In this document: positions 49,672 to 60,002 of the stretch, piece by piece
How positions within the stretch are numbered: position 1 is the first letter of the stretch
Layout of the letters: every line of letters begins with the position of its first letter
DNA from: an uncultured Gemmatimonadales bacterium
GTDB lineage: Bacteria > Gemmatimonadota > Gemmatimonadetes > Longimicrobiales > RSA9
NCBI GenBank assembly: GCA_963798085.1
Contig: CAWCRS010000005.1
Location: 768,001 to 832,000, forward strand
Direction: 5' to 3'
DNA: 64,000 nucleotides
Program-made: the position numbers and the translations under genes
The notes under the pieces: generated by a model
The model's input: only the letters and a program-made list of their open reading frames with translations
What the model was told of the DNA's origin: nothing
The model's database searches: none

Positions 49672-50615
49672 GCGGGCGGCTCCGCGCGCGCGCCGGGCTT
49701 GCCTTCGCGCACGTTGTCGTAGTAGCGCGTCGTCGGGTAGGCCATGTCGATGTCATCATGCAGGGCGAACGCGCGCAGCACATCCTCCCAGATCACCTGC
49801 GTCATGTTGCGCCGCTCGCGTACACCGCACAGATGGCGCACGGTCAGCATCACGCCGCTGTCCTTCACGGTCAGGTACACGGTCGGCTTGAGCGTCGAGT
49901 AGAAGATCAGGAACTGGCGGCTGGCGGCCAGCACGTCGCGCTCCGCCTGTTCGGTCAGCCGGCTGGCGTGCTGCACGGCAATCTCGTGCAGGATGGTGCG
50001 CGCCTTTTCCCAGTTGCTCTCGAACGTGATCAGCACCGGCACTTCGTTCCAGATGTAGGGAAAGCCACCGGAGTAGTTGGCCAGCGGATCCGCGAAGACC
50101 TTGCCGTTGGGCACATGCACGATCCGGCCGGTGCTCTGTTCCGCGTCCACCCAGTTGCCGATCTCCAGCAGTGTGAACTGGAAGAGGCGCTGATCAATGA
50201 CATCACCGGCGGTGCCGGCGATCTCGATGCGGTCACCCACGCGGAACGGGCGCCGCCACAGGATGAACAGCCAGCCGGCCAGGTTGGTGACAGGATCTTT
50301 CAGCGCTACCGCAATACCGGCACCGAGCAGTCCGAAGAAGGTGGCGACGGAGCGGAATCCCTCGAACCACAGACGCCCGATGAGAAAGAGCGCGAGCAGA
50401 CCGACAATGTACGTCACCGTCTTGCGCCAGATGTAGCGCGTGCGCAGGTCGTCCGTACGGCGCCGCACGATGCGCAGCACCACGGCGCGGCTGAGCAGCA
50501 GCAGCGTCAGGATGGCGGCCGTCCAGATGAGCCGCATCTGCGTATCGCCCAGCTGCACCACGCTATCGACGACGTTCTGCGCCAGCTGTCCCGCGCTTTG
50601 CGTCACTCCCTGCAC
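49668..50615 (-). CDS. Small-conductance mechanosensitive channel (MscS family)
   Basis: GAGIAVALKD, RPFRVGDRIEI..GDV, VPNG, NYS, ITFESNW, AYPT; GTG start with AAGGGAG RBS. Confidence 0.92.
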   Translation of the reverse strand: MQGVTQSAGQLAQNVVDSVVQLGDTQMRLIWTAAILTLLLLSRAVVLRIVRRRTDDLRTRYIWRKTVTYIVGLLALFLIGRLWFEGFRSVATFFGLLGAGIAVALKDPVTNLAGWLFILWRRPFRVGDRIEIAGTAGDVIDQRLFQFTLLEIGNWVDAEQSTGRIVHVPNGKVFADPLANYSGGFPYIWNEVPVLITFESNWEKARTILHEIAVQHASRLTEQAERDVLAASRQFLIFYSTLKPTVYLTVKDSGVMLTVRHLCGVRERRNMTQVIWEDVLRAFALHDDIDMAYPTTRYYDNVREGKPGARAEPPA

Positions 50616-50700
50616 GGCAATGGCTCCCTTGCTTGCTCGCGATTTCGCAGGCGACCACCGCATGCAGTCGCTTGTCCCGCCGGTGAATGCGGCGCCTGTC

Positions 50701-53055
50701 TCAGAAGCGCAGCTCCAGTCCTGCCGTGGGCAGGAAGGGGAACATCGAGACGCCGGCCCTGCGCGGCGGGTCCTTGTCGAACTGGTAGAAGTAGAACAGC
50801 GCGTTCTTGTGATTGTAGACGTTGAGCACGTCGAGGTATGGCGTCAGCTCGCCCCAGCCCTTGTGATACGTCTTGCGGAAGCTCGCGTCCAGTCTGTGGT
50901 AGGCCGGATAGCGCTGGGCGTTGCGCGGGCCCAGCACGATCGCCAGGTCCGCACCGTCCGAGGTGGGAAAGGAACGACGCCCGTCGATCACGCCGTAGCG
51001 GAACATGGTGTAGCCTGCGATCGGCTTCGTGTAGGGCAGCCCGCTGCCGTAGTTCCAGCGGAAGCCGGCGTCGATACCGCCCGGCAGCGCCGCTTCCAGC
51101 GCGAGTTCGATATCCACGCGTCGATCGAAGATGGGCGGATACTCGACGATCGGTGGCGTCGGCGCGCCCGTAGTCGGGTCCGCGAAGCGACGGCGCGCGC
51201 GCAGCAGCGAAACGGAGAGCGACGGTCGCAGCCGCGCACCATCGTGGCGCATGGAGAAGTCAATGCCGCGCGCTCGACCCGTGCCGCTGATCAGGTCATC
51301 CGTCGGATCATTGGGATCGTCGGCGAAGTTGTTCGTGGCGACGCCATCCATGCGCCGGTCGTATGCTTCCAGTGTGGTGAACCAGTTCCGCCCGAGGAAC
51401 GCTTCCACGCCTGCCTGCACCTGGTCCGAGATGATGCGCGGCGCGCGCGCTCCCGCGAGCACCCACACATCTATGCCGAGCGGCAGGTCCTCATCGCGCA
51501 ACGAGTGCAGGAATTGCGAATAGCGGCCGGCCGCGATCTTGACCGCGATGTCGCCATTGCCGAGGAACCGTTTGATGGCGAGGCGAGGCGCCGGCACGAC
51601 GGCGGCGCCGGAGCGGCCGGGCTGGCCCGCGCTCCACACATCGAGGCGGGCGCCCGCTTCCATCAGCCATCGGCCAGGCCGCCACTCACCCTCCGTGTAC
51701 AGGCCCAGCAGCCAGCCGGCGCCCCCACTCTGACTGAATACCGTGCCCCCCGAGCTGAACAGGTTGTCGTACGACAGGCGGTCGGCGGCCACGCCCAGCT
51801 TCATACGCACATCGCCCACCGGTACGAGATAGTCGGCGTGCAGCATCAGCTGGCCGATGCGGCTGCGGAAATCCGTGTCACCGAATTCGGGGAACCGGAT
51901 GCCCGTGGTGAAGCGACTGTACCCGATGCGCGCCTCCAGGCTGCGCCCGCCCGTCAGCGGGCGCGCGTAGCCCAGCCCGATCACATCGTTGCCCCAGCGC
52001 CAGCGCAGGTTCAGCGGGAACGAATCGCTGCCCGTGAAGTCGAGCACGTCACGCCCCGTGTACGTGGTCAGCGTCACCCGGCCGCCACCACGCGTCCAGC
52101 CTTCGGCGAATCCCTGCAGGTCCGTCAGATGGTAGGGAAAGTCGAACGCAGGTTTGCTCAACACATCGAAGTAGGAGCGACGCAGCGAAATCCGCGTGCG
52201 CGCGCTGCGCAGCCCGAGTGCGTGCGCCAGTCCATCGGGCACCTGGTTGCCGATCGCCGCGCGCGCGGCGAGGACGGATATCCCGCCGTCCACCGTGGTG
52301 CCGGAACCCGCAGCGTCGCTCTCCACATTCAGCACGGACGCGATACGCCCGCCGTATTCCGCGGGGAATCCGCCCGCCAGCAGCTCCGCGCGACCGACCA
52401 TGTCCGCGTTGAACACGCTGAACAGACCCCCCAGGTGGAACGGATTGTAGATGGGAAAGCCGTCGATCAGGATGAGATTCTCGTCGGCCGAACCGCCGCG
52501 CACATTGAACGCGGACGAATAGTCCGATGTCGAGACCACGCCGGGCAGCATCTCGATGGCGCGCAGCACATCGGCCTCGGCGACGCCGGGCACGCGCTTC
52601 ATCTCCTCGCGTGTGAGTGTCCGCGACGTGACGCCGGCCTCGTTCTCGAAGCGTGCGCGCTCGCGCGTCGCCTCGACCGAAACACCCGGCAGCGACACGG
52701 CCTGCTCCTCGAGCACGAATTCCGTCGCTGCCGCGGCCCCCGCCCGGATGCGGATGCGGTGCGTGACCGCCTCCAGGCCGATGCGTTGCGCGGTCAGCAC
52801 ATACTCGCCGGGCGCGAGCCCGGCAATGCGGAAGCGACCCAGCGAGTCCGAATCCGTCGAGCGAAGGACCGCCGTGTCGGGAGGCTGCGACAGGACGAGC
52901 GCGACACCAGCCGCATCACGCCCGTTGCGCGTGCGTACGTGCCCCGTCACCTCACCCGTCTGGGCAGCGACCGGAGAAACCGGGAGAACCTGAAGGAGGA
53001 ACGCGGCAACGGACCCCGCGTACAGCCACTTCGATCTCGTGCGTGAGACGGCCAA
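50701..53055 (-). CDS. TonB-dependent receptor with N-terminal carboxypeptidase-like domain
   Basis: DVLRAIEMLPGV, VRGGSADENLILIDG, GGFPAEYGGRIASV, YHRLD, NVYN, terminal GLELRF. Confidence 0.92.
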   Translation of the reverse strand: MAVSRTRSKWLYAGSVAAFLLQVLPVSPVAAQTGEVTGHVRTRNGRDAAGVALVLSQPPDTAVLRSTDSDSLGRFRIAGLAPGEYVLTAQRIGLEAVTHRIRIRAGAAAATEFVLEEQAVSLPGVSVEATRERARFENEAGVTSRTLTREEMKRVPGVAEADVLRAIEMLPGVVSTSDYSSAFNVRGGSADENLILIDGFPIYNPFHLGGLFSVFNADMVGRAELLAGGFPAEYGGRIASVLNVESDAAGSGTTVDGGISVLAARAAIGNQVPDGLAHALGLRSARTRISLRRSYFDVLSKPAFDFPYHLTDLQGFAEGWTRGGGRVTLTTYTGRDVLDFTGSDSFPLNLRWRWGNDVIGLGYARPLTGGRSLEARIGYSRFTTGIRFPEFGDTDFRSRIGQLMLHADYLVPVGDVRMKLGVAADRLSYDNLFSSGGTVFSQSGGAGWLLGLYTEGEWRPGRWLMEAGARLDVWSAGQPGRSGAAVVPAPRLAIKRFLGNGDIAVKIAAGRYSQFLHSLRDEDLPLGIDVWVLAGARAPRIISDQVQAGVEAFLGRNWFTTLEAYDRRMDGVATNNFADDPNDPTDDLISGTGRARGIDFSMRHDGARLRPSLSVSLLRARRRFADPTTGAPTPPIVEYPPIFDRRVDIELALEAALPGGIDAGFRWNYGSGLPYTKPIAGYTMFRYGVIDGRRSFPTSDGADLAIVLGPRNAQRYPAYHRLDASFRKTYHKGWGELTPYLDVLNVYNHKNALFYFYQFDKDPPRRAGVSMFPFLPTAGLELRF

Positions 53056-53200
53056 ACGCGTCGCGATTCTTGTGACAGACCCAGCGCTGCGAGTGCCGCA
53101 GGCAGGTCTCTGGCAAGCTATCTTGCAGCAGCGGCCCGGGCAATCGAGGAAACCCCGGCCTCATCTGTGGCGTAATGGAAAGACAACAGGGAGACCCACA

Positions 53201-53473
53201 ATGTTCGAGATCATTGCATTGGGCGTAGCCGCGGCAGCCGCGGCCGGCGGTTATATCAAGTCACGGTCCTTCGTCCGACGTCGCCTGCGCTATGTCGAGG
53301 CCGTACAGAAGATCAGTGCGCCCGTCCTCGCCGGCGCCGTCGCAGCCGTCATCGCGGCGCCGGTCGTGGCGCTCCTCCCCATCGTCGGCGCATCGACCGC
53401 CATCGCCCTCGGCCTGGGGGTCGGCGTCGGCACCCACGCGGGCGCCCGCGACATCCGGGACGGCAAGGACTAG
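53201..53473 (+). CDS. Small Ala/Gly-rich membrane protein
   Basis: RBS AGGGAG; MFEIIALGV..; SRSFVRRRLRYVEAV followed by a hydrophobic hairpin. Confidence 0.7.
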   Translation: MFEIIALGVAAAAAAGGYIKSRSFVRRRLRYVEAVQKISAPVLAGAVAAVIAAPVVALLPIVGASTAIALGLGVGVGTHAGARDIRDGKD

Positions 53474-53488
53474 GAACCGCGATTGCGG

Positions 53489-53801
53489 GTTGCTCGGGCT
53501 GGGGCTGGTTGCTCGGGAACGGATCGAACTGTTTCTCGGGCTGGGGCTGGGAAGTGCACGGACAGGGCCGGTTCTGCCGGGATCGCTTCTGACGCAGCGC
53601 GGAGTCTCGCGGCTGTACCTTAACATCTTGTTATGATGAAGCCGGGCTGTACCGCCTGCGACCGCGCCAGCGAGTCGCGCCCATGCGTCATTCCCGGACG
53701 CGAGTCATGAGCGAGGGCGTGATCTGACCAGCACGCCCCCCAGCCCCAGCCACGCATTTCGTCAAGACGCAGTTCCCGCCAACCAGCCCCGCCCCGGCAA
53801 T
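53489..53801. repeat. Second inverted-repeat-bounded element of the same repeat family
   Basis: GTTGCTCGGGCTGGGGCTGGTTGCTCGGGAA (53489-53519) versus the reverse complement of 53773-53801 (ATTGCCGGGGCGGGGCTGGTTGGCGGGAA); inner GGCTGGGGCTGGG / CCCAGCCCCAGCC pair. Confidence 0.65.
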
Positions 53802-53813
53802 CCAGCCCGCCGT

Positions 53814-56360
53814 TCAATACGCGAAGCCCGCGCCGAAGTAGAGGCCGGTCCGGGATTCGGCGTGCGTGATGGCCAGGCTGAGAGTGTTCTCGGGACGCAG
53901 AAAGGCGATGGAGAAGCCGCCGCCCCGGGCCTGGTGCCAGCGCCGGGAGGATTCGCCGGCATACCAGACGCGCCCGCTGTCGTAGAGGCCGAACACGCCG
54001 AAGTCGGCGGGCAGCACGAGCAGGGCGCGGAACAGGCGCAGCCGTAATTCCGCGTTAGCATGCGCTTCGGCGTCGCCGGCATAGCGCTGCTTCAGGCCCA
54101 GGCGCACCGTGCTCTCATCGCCGATGTACGCGGCATTGGCGTAGGGAAGAGTGCCCCAGAGCTTCCTGCCACCCAGACGCAGCGCCAGCGTCGGGTGGAA
54201 CGGCAGCGGCGCACTCAGGAATGCGGTGGCCTGGCCGTGCGCGTCGCCGTACGTGCGGCGCACGCTCCAGAGGGCGGGCCAGAGGGCGGCGCCCAGTGCG
54301 AGTGCCGCACCCCGCGTGGCCGCGCGCACATGGTCGCGGGCATCGAGCTGGAAATCCGCGCGCAGTCCCGCCTGCCCGAAGCTGCCGGAGCCATAGGGAT
54401 GCAGCACTGTGATCAGGCGGCCCGGCTCGGCATCGGTATCCGTGTAGCGCAGCTCGGGACCGGCGCTCACGCTGGCCCTGGCGCCGAGTGGCGCGGTGAT
54501 GCCGGCGTTCAACGCGAGCTGCGTCTGATCCACGAGAAATGCGCTCCGGTCACCCGCGTTGCCGGTTTCATTGCCGAAGCCGTAGAAGCGCAGCACATCC
54601 AGACCGGACACGCGTGCGCTCAGGTCCGTGTGCGCACGGGAGTTCTCGTGATTGAACTGCGCGGTCAGCTCGGCGCGCAGGCGGCGCGGACCGGTGCCGA
54701 ACGCGGCGCGCGCCATGAAGTGCGAGGCCCACGGCCAGGCGCGGAATCCGTAGTCGTAGAAATTCACGCCCCACCCCACCTGGAAGCCCACGTCGGGCGC
54801 GCGCAGGAGCCAGGGTGAATAGCGAACCAACCGGCCCCAGTCGCGCGGCGGCTGGCTGGGCGGGTACGCCGGTCCCGCATAAAGCCAGGGACTCTCCGTG
54901 ACGTGCGTGCCGGGGCCGCGAACAAACGTGTTATGGCCGGCCCAGTCATAGAAGTGGACGCCGCCGCGGGAAGCGTTGCTCAACACGTCGTCGCCTCCAC
55001 CACCCGTGATGCGCAACCCGATCGGTCCGCCCTCGCCCGTGACGCGCACACTGTCGGCGCCGCCCTGCAGGTAGAGACGCACCTCCTTCGTTTCCCCGGG
55101 CAGAAAGCGGCGGTGGAAAACCGCGCGCTGCGCACCGTGCTGGCGGGCGCTCACATTGATCGTTACCGAACCATCGGCGGCGCGCTGCACGGTTGCTGTT
55201 TCCGCCGCGTCTGTCGTGTGCACTTCCACTTCGCTCGCCAGCATGCGATAGAAGCGGTCTGCGTAGTCCGGCAGCGCACCGCGCCGGGCGCGCAGCGTCT
55301 GCCGCAGGCGCTCACCATCCTGCGTGTACCACGCGCCCGGCAATCGCGACACCGCGGAATCGATCGCCGCATCCGTGAGCTGCGCCTGCAGCGAGAGCGT
55401 GACCGAGTCCCACGCGGCCCGGTCCAGCCCGGAGAGCAGGCGCCGGTCCAGCTCACGCCCGTTCCACATGAGTCCCACCGGATTCGCGTACGATGCGCCG
55501 AAGTTCTGCAGCTGCGGATAGTACTGGCGTGCGATCCTGAGCAGGAAGCCATCGAGCCGCACGAAGGCCTGGTCGCGGTCGCGCGGGATGGGTCGCCAGG
55601 CGGAATCGATGGTCTCGCCGAAACGCGCCCAGCGCCATTGATCGCGATGCCGATCCCAGTCGCCCAGGAACGCGTCCACCAGCCTCGCCTTCAGGAAGGC
55701 GCGCGCATCGAGTTGCTCGAGATCTTCCTCGACGCCCTTCAGCATGCGCTCTGTGCTGACGATCTGCGATGCACCCATGAAGCCGGGCAGCGTGTCGCTG
55801 CCCTCGTCCGGCCGCTCCTCGATGGTGCCGAGCATGCCGTGGAATTCCGTGCGGAACTGACCCAGCCGCGGATCGTCGGGCATCACTTCCAGCCGCGGTT
55901 GCGCGTGCAGCACACCCACCGCGTCGAGCAACCTCGCCACCACGAGTGCGCCGGCTGGATGACTGGAGCTGATCTGATCCTGGAAGATGCGGTCGACCAG
56001 GGTCTCACGCAGATCCGCCGGCAGCACCGCGCTCGGGTCCTTGTCCACGGAGCGGAACGCGTACTGGCGGCCATTGCCCGCCTGGAAGCGCAGCGACCGG
56101 GTCTGCAGGCCGCCGCCGGTCTTGAGCGGCGTGAGTCCGCCGGCGAACGTGTCGAGGTCGAGGACGGGGACAGTCAGCGGCGTCGTCCACAGGTCGCGGT
56201 AATGATCACCCAGCAGGAAGCGGTGCAGCGGTCCGGCGGCGTAGGCAGCACCCGCCACAATACGCGCGGAATCCCGCGCGTTCTGGGCGCGGCCGGTGCC
56301 GGCTGCGACGAGAGTCATGAGCAGCGCGAGTGACAGCGTGCGCAAGCGATCCGCCCTCAT
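53814..56360 (-). CDS. Omp85 (BamA/TamA-like) barrel protein with an N-terminal atypical-kinase-like domain
   Basis: Signal peptide; GDWDRHRDQW and RDRDQAF. C-terminal barrel features TVRLG..RYAG, NAELR, YDSGRVW, GLYFGAGFAY. Confidence 0.8.
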   Translation of the reverse strand: MRADRLRTLSLALLMTLVAAGTGRAQNARDSARIVAGAAYAAGPLHRFLLGDHYRDLWTTPLTVPVLDLDTFAGGLTPLKTGGGLQTRSLRFQAGNGRQYAFRSVDKDPSAVLPADLRETLVDRIFQDQISSSHPAGALVVARLLDAVGVLHAQPRLEVMPDDPRLGQFRTEFHGMLGTIEERPDEGSDTLPGFMGASQIVSTERMLKGVEEDLEQLDARAFLKARLVDAFLGDWDRHRDQWRWARFGETIDSAWRPIPRDRDQAFVRLDGFLLRIARQYYPQLQNFGASYANPVGLMWNGRELDRRLLSGLDRAAWDSVTLSLQAQLTDAAIDSAVSRLPGAWYTQDGERLRQTLRARRGALPDYADRFYRMLASEVEVHTTDAAETATVQRAADGSVTINVSARQHGAQRAVFHRRFLPGETKEVRLYLQGGADSVRVTGEGGPIGLRITGGGGDDVLSNASRGGVHFYDWAGHNTFVRGPGTHVTESPWLYAGPAYPPSQPPRDWGRLVRYSPWLLRAPDVGFQVGWGVNFYDYGFRAWPWASHFMARAAFGTGPRRLRAELTAQFNHENSRAHTDLSARVSGLDVLRFYGFGNETGNAGDRSAFLVDQTQLALNAGITAPLGARASVSAGPELRYTDTDAEPGRLITVLHPYGSGSFGQAGLRADFQLDARDHVRAATRGAALALGAALWPALWSVRRTYGDAHGQATAFLSAPLPFHPTLALRLGGRKLWGTLPYANAAYIGDESTVRLGLKQRYAGDAEAHANAELRLRLFRALLVLPADFGVFGLYDSGRVWYAGESSRRWHQARGGGFSIAFLRPENTLSLAITHAESRTGLYFGAGFAY

Positions 56361-57498
56361 TGCAGGAACAGGGCGAAGCCCTCGCTCGACCGGCCCTGGC
56401 TGTCCACGATCTCCACCGCCAGCCGGATGCGACCATCCTGCTGCACATCCAGCCGCATGTAGCCGCTGTGTCCGGGCGAGGCGAAGAGTGTCTGGCGGAT
56501 GTGGCCGAGCGGTCCGAGATGCGCGTAGATGCCGGCCCCGCTAACAAGCTGATAGTGCGCCGCCCCGCCTTCCTGCAGCACCTGCAGTCCATGGTCGTGG
56601 CCGGAAGCGACGAGCAGGGCCGGATGCGCCGATAGCGCCGCGGTCAGCGAATCGCGCATGCGCCGGTAGCGACCGCCCGAGAGATCCTGGTCGCTCAGAC
56701 CCAGCTTGCGCGAAATCGGATAGGCCGACCCGATGATGGGAAGCGGCAGCCACAGCCAGGGCGCGAGGTCGGTGAGCGGAAACAGGTGCTGGCGCAGCGA
56801 GAAATGACCGCCGTGTACGCCGCCCGAGATCAGCGGGTGATGATCCGCCAGCACCAGCCGGCGCGCGCTCGAGGCACCGGCAATGGCGCGCAGTGAATCG
56901 GTGACCGTGGCCATGGTCGCGGCCGGACAGGCGGGGTTCACGATGGGGTCGCGCAGCCACCACTCCGTGTCGATGAGGACGAGGCGCACGTGCTCGCCCA
57001 CATCCTCGACGACGGGACCGGGACAGCCGTCGGCCGGCTGCACCTCCACCTCGCCCTGGCCTGTGCGCTCCGCATAACTCGCCTGTTCGCGGATGCGCTC
57101 GAGGCCATCGCTGCCCGCGTAGTTCCAGTCGTGATTGCCGGGCACGAGGATCACGTGCTGCGCGCCGCCGTCCAGCGCGGCTCGCAGCTGCGTGCGCAGC
57201 CGGCGTTCCATCTCGGGCCGATCGGGCGCGCCCGCAGCGGGCATGCCCGCCGGGTACACGTTGTCGCCCAGATACACAACGGTTGCGGGCGCACCACTGC
57301 GGGAAAGGTCCGCGGTCAGCGCCTCGAGCACCGGCTCACCGCGCGCATCGGGGTCGCCGGCGTCGCCCACCAGGTAATGCGCCACTCCACGCTGGCGGCG
57401 GGCGCCACCGGCGGCGCAGGCGCCGACGGCTGCCCGCCGCAGCGTGTGGCGAACAGCGCAATCAGCGCCGTACATGTCCTCGAGCGAATGTCGTGCAT
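56357..57498 (-). CDS. Calcineurin-like metallophosphoesterase, probable lipoprotein; frameshift near 57385
   Basis: GDAG, LGDNVYP, PGNHDW, HHP, SGHDH, SGAG. The signal-like N-terminus TALIALFATRCGG is in the neighbouring frame. Confidence 0.85.
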
Positions 57499-57629
57499 TG
57501 CCTGTTTCCGCGGTCATCGCCGGACCGTGTCTCACTACAAATTCGGCAGGCGGCGGGCAACGCGCCATGCGGGCGTTGGGGGAGAACAGTCTGTGCGACA
57601 ATGCGGCGCCGGCTGCCGGCGCCTCGCCG

Positions 57630-60002
57630 TCAGGCTGTGAAGTCTGCGCTGCGCAGGAGCAGGAAGGTGTCGACGGCTGAAGGATCCAGGCTGGTGCCCG
57701 CCTGGGCGCGCAGATGGGCCTGCACTTTCAGCTCGGGCCAGGCATCGCGATAAGGCCGTACCGAACGCAGCGCATCCCATACATCGACCACCGCGAAAAC
57801 GCGCGCGGCGAGAGGAATGGACTCCTTCGCCAGGCCATAGGGATAACCGGTGCCGTCCCACGCCTCGTGGTGGAACAGCGGAATGTCGAGCGCCTGCCGC
57901 AGGAACGGAATGGGCGAGAGCAGCTGATAGGCGTACAGCGGATGGCGCCGCATGTGCACCCATTCCTCGTCGCTGAGCGGCCCGGGCTTCAGCAGGATGC
58001 TGTCCGGTATCGCCATCTTGCCAATGTCGTGCAGCAGCGCACCCCGTCGCAGGTGCACCAGCTCGCGATCCGGCAGGCCCAGCGCCTGGGCCAGACGCAG
58101 GGTCCAGCTGGTCACGCGCTCGGTATGGCCGGGCGCTTCGCGATCGCGGAACTCCAGCGCGCGCGACCAGCCCTCGAGCGTGCGGTCGTAGGAAAGCGCC
58201 AGCTCCGTATTCGTGCGCTGCAATTCCTCGAACATGAGGGCGCTGTCGATGGCAATGGCCGCCTGGTCGGCCAGGGCCTCGAGGAAGCTCAGCCAGTCCT
58301 GGCCGGAGCCCAGCGGCGAGCGGTGGAACACCTCTAACACACCCTTGCAGTCGCCTTTGGAAACCAGTGGCACGATGATGTGGTCGACGAAACCTTCGCC
58401 GCTGACCAGCGGCTGGCGGCGGAAGCGGGTCGCGTCACTGAGGTCGGTGGTGCGCATGGTCTGCCGCTCCACGACCGCGCGACCGGTGCTGTCGTCCGAC
58501 AGCCGCAATTCTGTCTGCGTGATCTCCTCGGTACGAAAGCCGCGCCCCGCGGCATAGCGCAGAACATGGTGTTTGCGATCCAGCAGCAGCACGGCGGCGG
58601 CGTCCGTCCGGACCAGCGCCGTTACCTGGTCGAGGATGACGCCCAGTGTGAGGCGCAGGTCCATGCTGCCCGTGATCGCCATGTCGATGGTGCGTTGCGC
58701 CGCCAGGCGCTCGAGCTGCCGGCGCAGCTCCCCGCCTTTGGTCTCCGCATCGGCCCTCGCCTGGCGCGCTTCGCGGAACAGCCGCGCGTTCACGATGGCC
58801 AGCGCGGCGCGCCCGGCCAGCTCCTGGGCGCGCGAAGCATCCAGCTCGCCGTAAATGCGACCCGAATCGCCGTTGACGAGGACCAGCGTGCCGATCACGG
58901 CGCCGTGCGCCATCAGGGGCACGATGATCATGGAGCGCGTGGCCAGGCGGCGCAGCAGCTCGAACTGACGCGTGTCCGTCACGAGATCACGCAGGCGATC
59001 GAGCGTCAGCGTGTGCATCAGCACGACCTCGCGCGCGCGCGTCGCATCCACGAAGAAAGGCTGCACGCCGGTTTCCAGGACGCGCGCGCGCAGCTCCTCC
59101 GCCGCGCCTCGCCGCTGCGCATCGCGATGCCGCACATCGGCACGCGCCTCATGGCCCTCGCGGGCCGGAAGGTAGATCGCGCACCAGTCGGCAATGCTGT
59201 CGCACGCCAGTCGCAGCACCGTGTGCGCCACATCGTCCAGATTCTCCAGCGTACCGGCCAGCAGGTCGCCCGCCTCGGCCAGGAACATGGCCCACGCGGC
59301 ATTGTCCTCAGCCTGCACACGCACGGCGTGCTCGCGGATCAGAAGCTCGGCTCGTGCGCGGTCATACTGCTTGCGCTCGCTCAGGTCCTGCATGATGCAG
59401 GCGAAGCCCAGCGCGCTGCCCTGCTCATCGCGCAGCGGCGTGATTATCGTGTGCATCCAGATGCGCGCACCGTCGCCGCGCAGACACCACGCCTCCAGCT
59501 CGGCGCCGCCTGCTTCGGCCGACGCTGCCATCAGCTGCTCGGGCCGCCGTGCGCCCTCATCCGGCACAAAGAACCGGGCGACCGGCTGGCCCAGCACGTC
59601 CCGGCCTTCGCGCTGCAGGGTAGCGCGCGCGCCTTCGTTCCAGCTGGAAACCCGGCCTTCCATGTCCAGCGCGAAAATGGCGTGGTCGCGAACCTGATCG
59701 ACCATGAGCTGCTGCAGACGGGCCTGGCGTTCGAGCGCGGTCTCGGCGGCCATGCGACCACGCAACTCACGCCGTGTGATGACGAACAACAGCGTTCCTG
59801 TGCCCAGCACGAAACTCCAGCCCTTCCACGTCTGCAGGCGGGTGAGACGGTCAGGGTCCCTGACCAGGACCTGCAGCGCGAGATCGGAGAGGAGGATCCA
59901 CGCGGCACCGATGACAACGAAGTACACAGCGAGGCGCAGCGCCAGCCGCGTCGCAGGGCCAAGCCTGCTCCCCTTCCCTGCTCCGTTCCCGGAAGTCGGC
60001 AT
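57630..60002 (-). CDS. HD-GYP cyclic-di-GMP phosphodiesterase with 2 TM, PAS and two GAF domains
   Basis: WILLSD..QTWKGW TM pair; PAS SWNEGA; two GAF domains; HTERV, LHDIGK, HHEAWDGTGYP, RPY. Start at 60002 preferred. Confidence 0.92.
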   Translation of the reverse strand: MPTSGNGAGKGSRLGPATRLALRLAVYFVVIGAAWILLSDLALQVLVRDPDRLTRLQTWKGWSFVLGTGTLLFVITRRELRGRMAAETALERQARLQQLMVDQVRDHAIFALDMEGRVSSWNEGARATLQREGRDVLGQPVARFFVPDEGARRPEQLMAASAEAGGAELEAWCLRGDGARIWMHTIITPLRDEQGSALGFACIMQDLSERKQYDRARAELLIREHAVRVQAEDNAAWAMFLAEAGDLLAGTLENLDDVAHTVLRLACDSIADWCAIYLPAREGHEARADVRHRDAQRRGAAEELRARVLETGVQPFFVDATRAREVVLMHTLTLDRLRDLVTDTRQFELLRRLATRSMIIVPLMAHGAVIGTLVLVNGDSGRIYGELDASRAQELAGRAALAIVNARLFREARQARADAETKGGELRRQLERLAAQRTIDMAITGSMDLRLTLGVILDQVTALVRTDAAAVLLLDRKHHVLRYAAGRGFRTEEITQTELRLSDDSTGRAVVERQTMRTTDLSDATRFRRQPLVSGEGFVDHIIVPLVSKGDCKGVLEVFHRSPLGSGQDWLSFLEALADQAAIAIDSALMFEELQRTNTELALSYDRTLEGWSRALEFRDREAPGHTERVTSWTLRLAQALGLPDRELVHLRRGALLHDIGKMAIPDSILLKPGPLSDEEWVHMRRHPLYAYQLLSPIPFLRQALDIPLFHHEAWDGTGYPYGLAKESIPLAARVFAVVDVWDALRSVRPYRDAWPELKVQAHLRAQAGTSLDPSAVDTFLLLRSADFTA

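Noticed and set aside
53111..53127. Sigma54-like TGGCAAGCTATCTTGC
   Set aside because: Spacing is off by one base; only a short GCAAG/CTTGC palindrome remains.
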